Assembly: GCA_964187785.1 (NCBI GenBank)
Contig: OZ076414.1
Coordinates: 36,828,001-36,892,000 of the forward strand
DNA length: 64,000 bases
DNA from: Amphiscolops sp. MND2022
Lineage: Eukaryota
Reading direction: 5' to 3'
How positions within the stretch are numbered: the first letter of the stretch is position 1; the number at the start of each line of letters is the position of its first letter. Under the pieces are notes generated by a model. The model was given only the letters and a program-made list of their open reading frames with translations. It made no database searches and had not been told where the DNA came from. The position numbers and the translations under genes are program-made. Positions 1 to 11,801 of this stretch are shown in pieces.

Positions 1-2
1 AA

Positions 3-110
3 CTTGAAGCCCTAATTCATGTCAAAAAGGATAATGAAACATTACGTATCTTTGCACTAAAAGACCAACAATTAGTTGAAAAACACTTTTGTAATGACTC
101 AATCCAGATG
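3..110 (+). pseudogene. gag: Fragment of a Ty3/Gypsy gag related to the env-bearing element at 37050-53013
   Basis: Frame 3 reads LEALIHVKKDNETLRIFALKDQQLVEKHFCND, aligning by eye with IEALALVKKDNENVRHFALKVETLVKQGWYNE of ORF 49703-50005. Confidence 0.5.
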
Positions 111-826
111 GTTGAGAAGAAAGCAGGGATATGATGTCGATAATCCAGGAGGAGCGAAGGATATCCAAGGAGATAGGGATAAACGGACAGGGTGTCCAAG
201 AAAACGATATTAATGAAGACTAAAAATAAACAAAGTGAAGACTAAAAGAATAACTATGGGTTAATTTCAATGGCGATAAGATACTGGATAATACGAGAAT
301 AATATGGCGTGGAATTAAATATAAAGAATTGAAAAGCGGATAAGCAATATGACAAGATGTCAAAGTTGGTTTTCGTGAATAAACAGTTTGGTGTCAAATT
401 TGCAATTATGTGGAACCTATATCAATATGTGCATAGAGTCTGCCAGCGATAACTACATTATCTCATTTAGTTCTAAACTTTGTTGTTTCGTACGATTAAT
501 CCATTATTTTTACAATTCTTTTATTATTTTAATTATCTTAATTTTTACGTGGACCTTTTGGAAAGGAAGGAAAATTTGCTGCGATCTTATTGGCTGCTAC
601 AGGAAAAGCGAGACAGCGTGGCCTACAGCCGTATCTTCACCCACTTGAAATCTTCAAGTGGTTAATGAGTGCTGATAAACATTCATCATGGTGCTTCAAA
701 ATAAGAAGTAATGATAGAAGTGATGAGAGTCAACAAAGCCGCTGTCGGCATTTTCAAAGAGACCTCAACGGCGGGTTGCAGGCTGATCTCCAAAGAAAAT
801 TTTGTTATTGAGAGATTACTTGGTGA

Positions 827-1761
827 ATGGAATGTAAAACCCCGGAAAAAGTAAAAGGAAGCCGGACAAAATCCCCGCGGGCCGACGAGTGGAGAAGTAT
901 CATTCTTCCGATGTCATTCTCACTGATCAGCAGCCATACTGAGACTCAAAGTTTGAAAATTGATAGTCAACGTTTAAAAACTACTGAAAAATTGTGTAAA
1001 ATTAGAGCCATGTCGGACTTCACTGAAACTTTCCCTAAAGACTCTGTGGGCGCCGCCCAATCGGAGGGCAAGCCAGCTATAATCAACCTGTTGAGTGACG
1101 AGAACGAGTAAGAGAACATAATGAGCGTCAGTTCAATCTGGGACGTATCCTCTTCCATGTAAGACGAGATGGGAGAAGTGGCTATGATGGCCCAATACAT
1201 CGAAAGACAACTAGCTAGCCCTATTCTGATACCCTCCTCTGGAGCTACTTCGTCCCAGAAGAGGAGCAGTATTGCGAGGCCGAAATTGCCGCCATTCACG
1301 ACGTTCGACCAAAAGTTTCAACCTTGACCGTGGCAGTGGGCCAATCAGAAGCGATGGCAGAATCAGAAACTACCATCCCATCAACTTGTGTCGCAACTTG
1401 TTGCCCTAAGTGGACACTCCAATATCGCCCCCAGCCGCGGACAGAGGACCCAGTGGTGAGCAAAATACCTCCTGTTACTCATACTCAACCGACACTGTGT
1501 CAGTGGAGTCAGTCGCAAACCACTTTAAAAGGAACGGCCTTGGCAGAAAATTCAGCACAACCCAACAACTCAGATTGTGTGATCTGCGGGAAATGGGTCC
1601 AACAGATCCCAAATGAAACTGTAAACGAGTACCTGGACAGGACAGTAGTCCTGGGGGAGACGCTTCCAGAAACAGAAGCGAGAAGAGCATTTCTGGACGG
1701 CATGTGGGGGGACGTTCCTTTTTATGCCAGGAGGAGTGTCGCAGGCTACCGCCTGCGATGA
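827..1761 (+). pseudogene. Degraded accessory ORF (acidic/Ser-rich, CxxC near C-terminus), probably belonging to the plus-strand LTR element ending at 3300
   Basis: Consecutive ORFs 827-1111 and 1324-1761 linked by in-frame stops and a frameshift; IINLLSDENE and DCVICGKWV motifs; same position and sense relative to the LTR end as ORF 7129-7786 in element 1. Confidence 0.3.
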
Positions 1762-2735
1762 TAACTGGAAACGCCTCGCTTACAATCATTATAACGCCCT
1801 CTCGGGATCAATTCCGATGGACTGAATGGCCAAAAAGGGAAACTGTAACAAAACTTATTGTTGTATTGTTGTGTTTAAATGTGCAAAATATCGGACCAAA
1901 AGTCAGAATGAACTCTACCAAGCTCAAATTAGTGTTATTGAGATTAATGTGCTGTTGCTTTGATTTATTCATACAGGTAAACAGCGATGTATTATTAGTA
2001 TTTGGACACCAAGTGGTACAGGCAAAGGAAACGTGTTTAAATGTTTCTTGCCTTTCGTCTTGGACAGCTATTGCGGTTAAATATTTACCAATCAGAAGCG
2101 AGCATTTCTTTATTTACTGTGCTGTGAGTGCTTTTATTTAAAGGCCGTACGCGGCTGTTCATCTAATTGGAGTGGCCAACTAAGGCTGTGGGACATCCAG
2201 TGCCATATTAAATTGAAAGTACGAAAATGTTGAAAGGCATGATTGAATATGACCCTTATGGCCTGACGGAAGTTGCTGTTCGTAATCATAGATACATGAA
2301 ATCAATCCTGGAAGTTATGTGTAATATACGAAATTGGACAGGTTGTCCTTTTCCCCTTATTAGATGCTCATGCAATAAACATATATTTATCATGTAATAT
2401 ACTGAAGTGTTTGATGTTATGTCGGTGAGGCCGACAAGGCCAAGTAGACATTTTACTGTTTAGCATGTCATGTCAACTTTAGAAGTAATGTTACGTCATG
2501 ATGCTATTTTCAGTGACACGTTGTGAAAGATGTTACTATTTTTAGACCCTGTGTTCTAAAAATAGCTCAGTGACCCACTGAGTTATGCTAGTCTTGCAAA
2601 TTTCACTATATATACCCAGGGTGTCTAATCCTGGGGACGTTATGGAGTTGTCGCGTTCTGCACTACAGTTGATATTATAAATTCACGATTTGCAAGCCAG
2701 AGATGATTTACTCTTTTTCTCTTGCAATTTTTCTT

Positions 2736-3300
2736 ATGCCTTCCACTAGAAGATAAAAGGTGAAAGCTAGAATGTCAAGAGAGATGGACATGATGTCCGA
2801 TTTGAAAACATGGACGTTGTACTCGGAAGTGATAACGTTAATCAAATCGAACGAGAACTTTCAAACGTAATTGGAAGTACAGAAAGTCATTGTGGCAACG
2901 AGTCCAATTTACAATCTAGAGAGGACAATTCTCATGAAAATGGTTTCGGACACTACGTCCATGAGAACATGATCCCTCGGTATGATAGGTTTCAAGAAAC
3001 AATTGAAACTTTCACTAGCGAATTCAATATGAGACTCTCTCAAGAAATGGACTTGATGATGTCTATGATGCATAACCAAATAAATAGAGCAATCAGTGCG
3101 GCTATAGCTGAAAGAGTAATTCCAGAGATTCAGAACATTCTTGGTTCAATGTAATCTTTGGGAAACGAGACACCGAGGTCAGTTCGTCACCTAATTGCCA
3201 GGAGAACACTGAAGGGAACAATGAGTTCAAATCTAGATGTGCAAAAAAGGTTCACGGTCTGCAGTTGATCTAAGAGACAACAGGGACAGTAGTCCTTACA
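2736..3300 (+). mobile_element. 3' part (U5) of a Ty3/Gypsy solo or 3' LTR, containing a Gag N-terminal leader ORF; LTR ends ...CCTTACA at 3300
   Basis: Disrupted ORF starting MPSTRR (2736), continuing as ORF 2810-3154; ends in TTACA with no PBS behind it, the same organisation as 4701-5193 versus 21737-22136. Left boundary not determined. Confidence 0.55.
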
Positions 3301-3929
3301 GGAAACAATTTGGTCAGATCAAGAAATTCAATTTTCCCACAAAAACTAATCATGCATTCTAACGCCAATTGGTAATTCAATATGGTTGTACAATTCAATT
3401 CAATTTAAATCTTCATTTGAGCTTCCTATAATTTCTCCTGTTGTGATCACGTGGACATCAAATGCAGATGTCTTTTGATTAAATGTCTTCCGGGGGTCAA
3501 AGTTTTTCGAATGAGCAATTTTTCTCTTGTTTATTTTTCAAGGAAGATGTGATGTAATTTATCGAAAATATGCAGAAAATATCAAATTTAAACTGAATAA
3601 TAACGAATTAATAACGAATCAAAATGAATAATAGAGTAGGTAATTGGCAAAATGAACGTCTTTGACACAATGTGAAAAACTATAGAGGATGCAGAATTAT
3701 AAATGCTTCCTTTTATCCGCCAGTATAGCGTTCCCGCTATGTATCCAAAATACATTTGTATGAAAATGAAAAAAAACGTGAAAAAAAATGAATAATGTAA
3801 CGGTATCAATTTTCATTTTTCATAAATTTATTACTAACACTTCCCATAATACAATAATACATCGACTCATGAACTATTCTACATTTGACGAGAACAAGTA
3901 TATTTAATTTAAAAGTCAACTTTTTATGA

Positions 3930-4160
3930 ATCTGACTGTTCATGATTTCACTTGCTTTTCCCAATATTTATGATTTCAGTGTCATTTTCATTGAAAAAAG
4001 GCAGAAAAGAATAAGAAACAGAAAGAACTTACTGATAGAAATCCGTTTTTGTAGGTTTGTCTAAAATAGAAACTTTTCACAAGGGTCGCTAGGGCACAAA
4101 ATGATAAAAATTGGTATCGACCAAACAGCAATGTTTACTCGTCAATGATAACAACGAACA
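3930..4160. repeat. Dispersed repeat, copy 1 (diverged direct copy at ~62815-63050)
   Basis: Shared blocks atgatttcacttgcttttccca, aacttactga, gtcgctagg(g/a)cacaaaatgat(a/g)aaaattggtatc, gtttactcgtcaatgata. Confidence 0.75.
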
Positions 4161-4700
4161 CGTGAACTAACAGAAACATTCGTTTGATTAAACTCTGAGC
4201 TCTGTGAGACTGGTAACTTTTTGATAACAACATAAAAGTGAAACTAACTGCTATTACACGATGGCAATCCGAATAAATAACTGCAAATTCATAACTTAAC
4301 AGAACAATAATGAAAGATAACAAAAAGAACGTCCAGCTAGATCTACTGTTTTCATACTCAGCAAATTTAACTTCAACAACCGATATCATTCAAAAAATCA
4401 AAATCAAAAGACGACAACCAACAGAAAGGGATCTGAAAGTTTTCTATTTCGTCTGAGAGAAAAAGTCCAAGAGCATGCAAGCATTAGGACGCCAATCAGG
4501 GTTACCGAAAATCTTATTTTGAATATTTTTAGCTAAAAATACAACTATTTTATTTCTATCCTCAAAAATGAATAATTGCAAAACATTTGTTTCAAAAATA
4601 AATTATTGCAAAAAGTGCAATAATTTTACAATAAATTTTACAGTTATATGAGTTATATATATAAATTATATGACTTTTGAAACAGTTTCTGCCAACCAGC

Positions 4701-6674
4701 TGTTACGACTTACGTTCGTGTCGTTGTTTTGAGTAGAGTTTATCCTGACAATTTTAGTAGGAGTGTAAAAACTCCTCGTTTCATTTTCTACTTCCTCTTC
4801 TGTATTTTCTTTTACGTTCTCCCTGGTTTCAGGTCTTAAAAGCTTCAACAACTCTTTCTGGGATTCTACGAGCAAACTCTTGATTTCAGAAGTAATTTCT
4901 TCCTTCAACGAAGCTCTAAGACTTTCCAAAAGGCTGTTCTCAATTCTAGGGGATTTTGGTCTCGAAGGACCCGCAACACTTACGTCCTGCTCAAGAGCAC
5001 ATGAATTATTTACTACTATTGGGGATACGAAACCTTCACTAACACTTTCGGTGCTCTCCTGTTGATTGTTCCTTCTCTTTTGACTCCTTGTTGTTGACAA
5101 ATTGGTGAAGAAAGTTTGTTTCTCAAAGAATTCAATTTTGTCTTTTCTGATTTTAGACAGAGTTGAGATTGAGATGAGGTTTAAGCAAAACAAGTCGAAA
5201 CAACTGAAATATAGCGCTTGAAAAAGACTGAGTCCCTTAGCACTAGCAACCCATCATATTTATACCCTCCTAGCATCATTTGATCACGAATAAACCCCTA
5301 ATTTGCCTCGAACAATTAGTCATTTTCTGAATTATCGATGACAAATTCATTTTGTTCTCAAATTTGCGTCGACTTTTTGTCAAATTTTGAGACACGACGA
5401 TTTCAATCTAGCATTAGTCATCAACCATGATAATATCATTTCATCCGGCGTCCTTTCGTTTCCTCCCAGACAGGAAGTAGATATTACTTCAGTCTGTCCA
5501 ACCGGAAATATTTCCCTGTTTTACTGCTTTGGTTCGTGAGAAACTGACGCTGGGATGACGTTGACGTGAACAACTAATGACTGATTTTGAATTTTCACTT
5601 GAAGAAAATGCCATGACTAATGTTTTCAACGAATTTCTCACAAATGGAATTTCTAACGATGCTAGCAAGGGACAATGGCAAGAATATAGAATTAGCAACA
5701 ATTTCCAAATTAATTCTAAACTGAGTGATTATTAATTAGCGGAATGAAAGCAACGGGACATAGACGCTTGTTGAACTGGAAAACTGGATTGTTTATTTCA
5801 GAACTCTGCTCACAGTTATTGGTACTTTGACTGAACGTACTAATAAGTGACATAATGGCGTTAATTTAATATTCATACACTTTAACAATACACTGTCACC
5901 AGATATTACTTCACACATATAGTAATATTCTTGAACGCAAAATGGCTGACGACATAAGGTCGACACTTTATAAATTAGTCGAAGAAACAAAACTTCAAAA
6001 CGTTTTACCATCTAACTTCAGTATTACGAAACATATAGTAGCAACGTGGATCAACCGCTCATGGCACAATGCAAATGGAAATGCTTTTTGTCAGTCTGGT
6101 TTAACGCAAAAACTTCGAATACATAACTGTTTGATCCTGGAGTGGACGACGACAAGCCATCGTCTAAATGAGCATTGATGAATTACAACTTGTACATTAG
6201 GTAGTATAAAATACAAAAGCACAAACATGTAAAAAAAACGTTTCCAATACGAAAATACTTCCAATCTATTTTCATTATTATTATAAACTGTGACTTTCAT
6301 TTATATTACATGCAAAATTCCACTTCAGAATAAAATCTTAATGTAGTTTAAATCAGTTGCGTCCTATTTGACGGATGAATGGCGCTGAAATCGAAATCTC
6401 CTATTGTTTTCCTTGTTAAGTTAACATGCTATTCAAACGCATTCCTTGCACCAATTCGTAAGGATAGTTTTCATTTTGTCATTTTGCATAGACTAGGATA
6501 GCCTATTTCAATGGATTTTGGACGTAAAGTGGACGTACGTTTTAGTATTGGACTTAGTCTACCAATATAGCGGACGTAGCGTGGACGTAAATTTGGAATG
6601 AAATCTAGCTAGCTGCCATAGCTGTGACGTCATATTGCCGTCTGATTTGGAATACTTTCTAACTAGCTAACTAG
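4701..6674 (-). repeat. 3' LTR of element 1 (at least 1.97 kb; true U3 start unresolved)
   Basis: Colinear with 21737-23684 (roughly 90% identical by eye); ends ...GTCGTAACA on the minus strand with no PBS following. Confidence 0.8.
6520..6590. promoter_or_regulatory. Cluster of GGACGTA motifs in the LTR (candidate U3 enhancer)
   Basis: GGACGTA at 6520, 6531, 6572, 6583 plus GGACTTA at 6550; retained in the 5' LTR (~23530-23600) and in the duplicate (~10090-10160). Function inferred. Confidence 0.4.
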
Positions 6675-7128
6675 TTAGTGACGGAGTGCTGACGTCACGA
6701 TTATAGTAATATTTGAATGTGCCGCTAATACTTGCTTACTTAGCAACGAGATATCGTCCTATTCTACATTAATTGCTGTTTAAAATGCAATAAGTTGTCT
6801 TTTCTTGGAAGAAACGTAAATACTTCGGCGTGCCATCTCAAAGTGATTTCTGTTTTAGATCTGATTGATGTTCTTTCTCAAGGAAGATTTTGGATATGTT
6901 TTCATTTAGATCGGTCTATGATCTTTTATTTTAGGAGTGTTTTAATTTTTAGTTTTCAGATGGCGAATGTCTCATTCTGGCGTGGCAAAAGCGTCCTGCC
7001 GGAAATACGTGAAATCATTTTGGTTCATTTTATTTCCTGTTCTCATTTTCATTCAAAAGTTTGCGCCAAACAGACGTGCATTTTGTTTTTAGTCACAGTT
7101 TATTAAGTTTTTAAGTTAAAGTGTTAAG

Positions 7129-7786
7129 TTACCATCTCGCGAAGCGTAAGTTGCACCCGTGTCCTCTCCCGATTGCAATTCGTCTGCAAGTACATCCCAA
7201 ACCGGGAGCGGGTTGTGACAGGGCCACACTTCTGGAGAGAACGAAATTCCCAGGTTGGCGAGGCATAAGTGTCACAGAGGGCAAGCTCATCCCTAGTTCC
7301 GCTGTGTTGTCGATATTTCGTCTCTCTTCAAGATCGTTTAGAGGGCTTGTGGGTCTGAAGCTGATCTTTCTGGGTGTTCCCGGCGGCGTGCTGAAATAAG
7401 AGGAAGAATCCTCCTGTTGTACCTTTTCAAGGTATTCTGCTACCTTGCTGCTTGTTATCGACTTGCTTATCGAAGCTTTCGTATGGGCTTTCCAGGGAGT
7501 CAGCTATTATTTTTTCAGCACTTTCCGAAACCGGGTATTGTCCTGATTCCACTGTTTCGAAGCTCGTGTAGGATTCGCTAAGATTCATTCTTTTGCATTC
7601 AGTTTCCAGGGAGTTTAGAGAAAGGTCGAGAAATTCTTCCTCATCCGCAGTAGCTTCCGCCGCAACTATTCTGGGGTATACTTTGTTGTCCCTGGGTAAC
7701 GGAGTAGAAGCTCTTGTGCTCTCGCCTTCCTCCTCGCTTGACGATGAGATGTCGATTAACTCGTATACATCTAGTAGATTATTCAT
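7129..7786 (-). pseudogene. Sense-strand accessory ORF of element 1 (acidic, SIM-like motif, C-terminal CxC...HxC); one frameshift near 7430
   Basis: ORF 7427-7786 (LIDISSSSEEEGE) continues in another frame as AEYLEKVQQED...GLGCTCRRIAIGRGHGCNLRFARW* ending 7129. Confidence 0.45.
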
Positions 7787-7918
7787 CTTCCCTATGGGGT
7801 TTCTTTTCTTTGCAACTGTCGTTCGTGTTTAATTGTTCCACAATGGATTTCGGATTAATTAGGATTAGGGAGAATATTGGGATAAATCCCTCCCTTCTGA
7901 TTGATTTCTAAGTGTTGA

Positions 7919-8170
7919 CGTTATGCCAACGTCGCATTTTTATTGGCCACGAAATAAATTATTTTGTTCGACCAAAGTTGTCAACGTTTTGCTGACGTCA
8001 ATTTCATTAGCCCTCAACTAACTTCTGAATTTGCCACCGTTTTGATGACGTCATTAAAGATTATAGGATTAACTTTTAACCCTGATAACTTTTTTGTCGG
8101 CGTTTTGCTGACGTCATTTCTGTTGGTAATTAGCCAACATTAGGTTTTGTCACCGTTTTGGTGGCATCAG
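7919..8170. promoter_or_regulatory. Five ~55-65 bp spaced CGTTTTGNTGACGTCA-type repeats between divergent ORFs (candidate bidirectional promoter)
   Basis: Units at ~7919, 7985, 8038, 8101, 8154; three contain a perfect TGACGTCA (CRE) palindrome; duplicated at ~11491-11742. Confidence 0.5.
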
Positions 8171-8229
8171 TTTCCAGTTGTTATTTTCATCTTGAGTTGT
8201 TTTTTCAGATTCTTTGCTATTTCTTGATA

Positions 8230-9279
8230 AGTTCACGTCCAAACACTCCCCCTATTGTTGATCCTGGAGCACAGAGCGGGCAGGAGACTCAGTATTTGTT
8301 CTCTGCGGGAGATGTGCGCCACGATGAGGGTGAAGACATCTGTCTGTCAGCAACCGGTAGGTTTATCATTCCATGATCCATCAAGCTTTTGTGTAATATA
8401 CATATAGCAGTTAGACCTTTCCTGCCTTTGTATTTCCACACCTTAGATTTTCATGACGCGTCGATGATGGAATGTGAATTTTGTTTTAGTGCTTGGTGCG
8501 ACAACTAATGCTCCTTCCATGCTTGTTGCTTCGTCTAACAGGAATACCGACGAACAGGTTACTGTTGCCGCTCCTTCTGTTCCCGACAATCCTTCGCCTG
8601 ACGTTGTTCGTGGTGAGGCTGTTTGTTCGGCTTCTGGAAGTCAGGGGAATCTCCAATTTCTTGAAGCAATCGAGCCTACTTCAGGGGCTCAGCCACCTGC
8701 AGACGTAGCTACTCCCTCAATGGCAACCCAGCAGCATTCCCATGCTACTGAAGGAGGTAAAAATCTTCCAACCGCTCATCGTGAAGGCGATGAGGTTTGC
8801 CACCTCCTGAAAAAGAAGGGACGCCGCAAAACAGCAGAAACAGGTAGTGACAGTGATGTTTCCGAGGATGTTGCTTTGGCGGAAATGGCTCAAGGTGTTT
8901 CTGCTCTCAGCGGTCTGATCACGTCCGGGGCTGAAGATCAAAGTGTAGAACCTCTTGTGACTAGTAAGTGATTTTTTTCTTCTTTTTTTGTTTGTGGGTA
9001 ATTTGAGTTAGTGTATTTCTGGGTTCTGTTTTGTTTGTAGGGTTGCAGGATCTTGTGTCTCGTATGGAGGCGAGCTTAGATAAAGCAGTCGTCATCATGT
9101 GCGGAAAGACATGGTTGGAGATCATCCTGTTATCAGTGTTTTTGTCAGTGGGTCCAGTACCGGAGTGGCTACCCGTTTTCATTGCATGATCTGTCGGCGT
9201 GATGTATCGATGCAGTCACGTGGGGACAAAGAATTCACTCGTCATTACTCCTCGGACAGACATTGGGAGCGAGATGTTG
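8230..9279 (+). pseudogene. Truncated duplicate of the first exons of the element 1 cargo gene
   Basis: Identical to 11802-12851; GT donors at 8357 and ~8964, T-rich AG acceptors at ~8490 and ~9040; cut by the duplication junction just after the zinc finger. Confidence 0.6.
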
Positions 9280-10700
9280 ATTAATTCTAAACTGAGTTAA
9301 TTATTAATTAGCGGAATGAAAGCAACGGGACATAGACGCTTGTTGAACTGGAAAACTGGATTGTTTATTTCAGAACTCTGCTCACAGTTATTGGTACTTT
9401 GACTGAACGTACTAATAAGTGACATAATGGCGTTAATTTAATATTCATACACTTTAACAATACACTGTCACCAGATATTACTTCACACATATAGTAATAT
9501 TCTTGAACGCAAAATGGCTGACGACATAACGTCGACACTTTATAAATTAGTCGAAGAAACAAAACTTCAAAACGTTTTAACATCTAACTTCAGTATTACG
9601 AAACATATAGTAGCAACGTGGATCAACCGCTCATGGCACAATGCAAATGGAAATGCTTTTTGTCAGTCTGGTTTAACGCAAAAACTTCGAATACATAACT
9701 GTTTGATCCTGGAGTGGACGACGACAAGCCATCGTCTAAATGAGCATTGATGAATTACAACTTGTACATTAGGTAGTATAAAATACAAAAGCACAAACAT
9801 GTAAAAAAAACGTTTCCAATACGAAAATACTTCCAATCTATTTTCATTATTATTATAAACTGTGACTTTCATTTATATTACATGCAAAATTCCACTTCAG
9901 AATAAAATCTTAATGTAGTTTAAATCAGTTGCGTCCTATTTGACGGATGAATGGCGCTGAAATCGAAATCTCCTATTGTTTTCCTTGTTAAGTTAACATG
10001 CTATTCAAACGCATTCCTTGCACCAATTCGTAAGGATAGTTTTCATTTTGTCATTTTGCATAGACTAGGATAGCCTATTTCAATGGATTTTGGACGTAAA
10101 GTGGACGTACGTTTTAGTATTGGACTTAGTCTACCAATATAGCGGACGTAGCGTGGACGTAAATTTGGAATGAAATCTAGCTAGCTGCCATAGCTGTGAC
10201 GTCATATTGCCGTCTGATTTGGAATACTTTCTAACTAGCTAACTAGTTAGTGACGGAGTGCTGACGTCACGATTATAGTAATATTTGAATGTGCCGCTAA
10301 TACTTGCTTACTTAGCAACGAGATATCGTCCTATTCTACATTAATTGCTGTTTAAAATGCAATAAGTTGTCTTTTCTTGGAAGAAACGTAAATACTTCGG
10401 CGTGCCATCTCAAAGTGATTTCTGTTTTAGATCTGATTGATGTTCTTTCTCAAGGAAGATTTTGGATATGTTTTCATTTAGATCGGTCTATGATCTTTTA
10501 TTTTAGGAGTGTTTTAATTTTTAGTTTTCAGATGGCGAATGTCTCATTCTGGCGTGGCAAAAGCGTCCTGCCGGAAATACGTGAAATCATTTTGGTTCAT
10601 TTTATTTCCTGTTCTCATTTTCATTCAAAAGTTTGCGCCAAACAGACGTGCATTTTGTTTTTAGTCACAGTTTATTAAGTTTTTAAGTTAAAGTGTTAAG

Positions 10701-11358
10701 TTACCATCTCGCGAAGCGTAAGTTGCACCCGTGTCCTCTCCCGATTGCAATTCGTCTGCAAGTACATCCCAAACCGGGAGCGGGTTGTGACAGGGCCACA
10801 CTTCTGGAGAGAACGAAATTCCCAGGTTGGCGAGGCATAAGTGTCACAGAGGGCAAGCTCATCCCTAGTTCCGCTGTGTTGTCGATATTTCGTCTCTCTT
10901 CAAGATCGTTTAGAGGGCTTGTGGGTCTGAAGCTGATCTTTCTGGGTGTTCCCGGCGGCGTGCTGAAATAAGAGGAAGAATCCTCCTGTTGTACCTTTTC
11001 AAGGTATTCTGCTACCTTGCTGCTTGTTATCGACTTGCTTATCGAAGCTTTCGTATGGGCTTTCCAGGGAGTCAGCTATTATTTTTTCAGCACTTTCCGA
11101 AACCGGGTATTGTCCTGATTCCACTGTTTCGAAGCTCGTGTAGGATTCGCTAAGATTCATTCTTTTGCATTCAGTTTCCAGGGAGTTTAGAGAAAGGTCG
11201 AGAAATTCTTCCTCATCCGCAGTAGCTTCCGCCGCAACTATTCTGGGGTATACTTTGTTGTCCCTGGGTAACGGAGTAGAAGCTCTTGTGCTCTCGCCTT
11301 CCTCCTCGCTTGACGATGAGATGTCGATTAACTCGTATACATCTAGTAGATTATTCAT
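10701..11358 (-). pseudogene. Duplicate of accessory ORF 7129-7786
   Basis: Identical translation at +3572. Confidence 0.45.
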
Positions 11359-11801
11359 CTTCCCTATGGGGTTTCTTTTCTTTGCAACTGTCGTTCGTGT
11401 TTAATTGTTCCACAATGGATTTCGGATTAATTAGGATTAGGGAGAATATTGGGATAAATCCCTCCCTTCTGATTGATTTCTAAGTGTTGACGTTATGCCA
11501 ACGTCGCATTTTTATTGGCCACGAAATAAATTATTTTGTTCGACCAAAGTTGTCAACGTTTTGCTGACGTCAATTTCATTAGCCCTCAACTAACTTCTGA
11601 ATTTGCCACCGTTTTGATGACGTCATTAAAGATTATAGGATTAACTTTTAACCCTGATAACTTTTTTGTCGGCGTTTTGCTGACGTCATTTCTGTTGGTA
11701 ATTAGCCAACATTAGGTTTTGTCACCGTTTTGGTGGCATCAGTTTCCAGTTGTTATTTTCATCTTGAGTTGTTTTTTCAGATTCTTTGCTATTTCTTGAT
11801 A

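Noticed and set aside
10-21. ccctaattcatg shared with the 19-bp repeat at 63259-63307
   Set aside because: Only 12 bp in AT-rich DNA and here it lies within a gag-like frame; likely chance.
388-811. Short ORFs as exons of a host gene
   Set aside because: No recognisable domain or consistent exon chain; may be part of the adjacent LTR element.
4135-4389. VVIIDE as a helicase Walker B motif (also ~63030)
   Set aside because: Followed by a stop in both copies; no Walker A or other helicase motifs.
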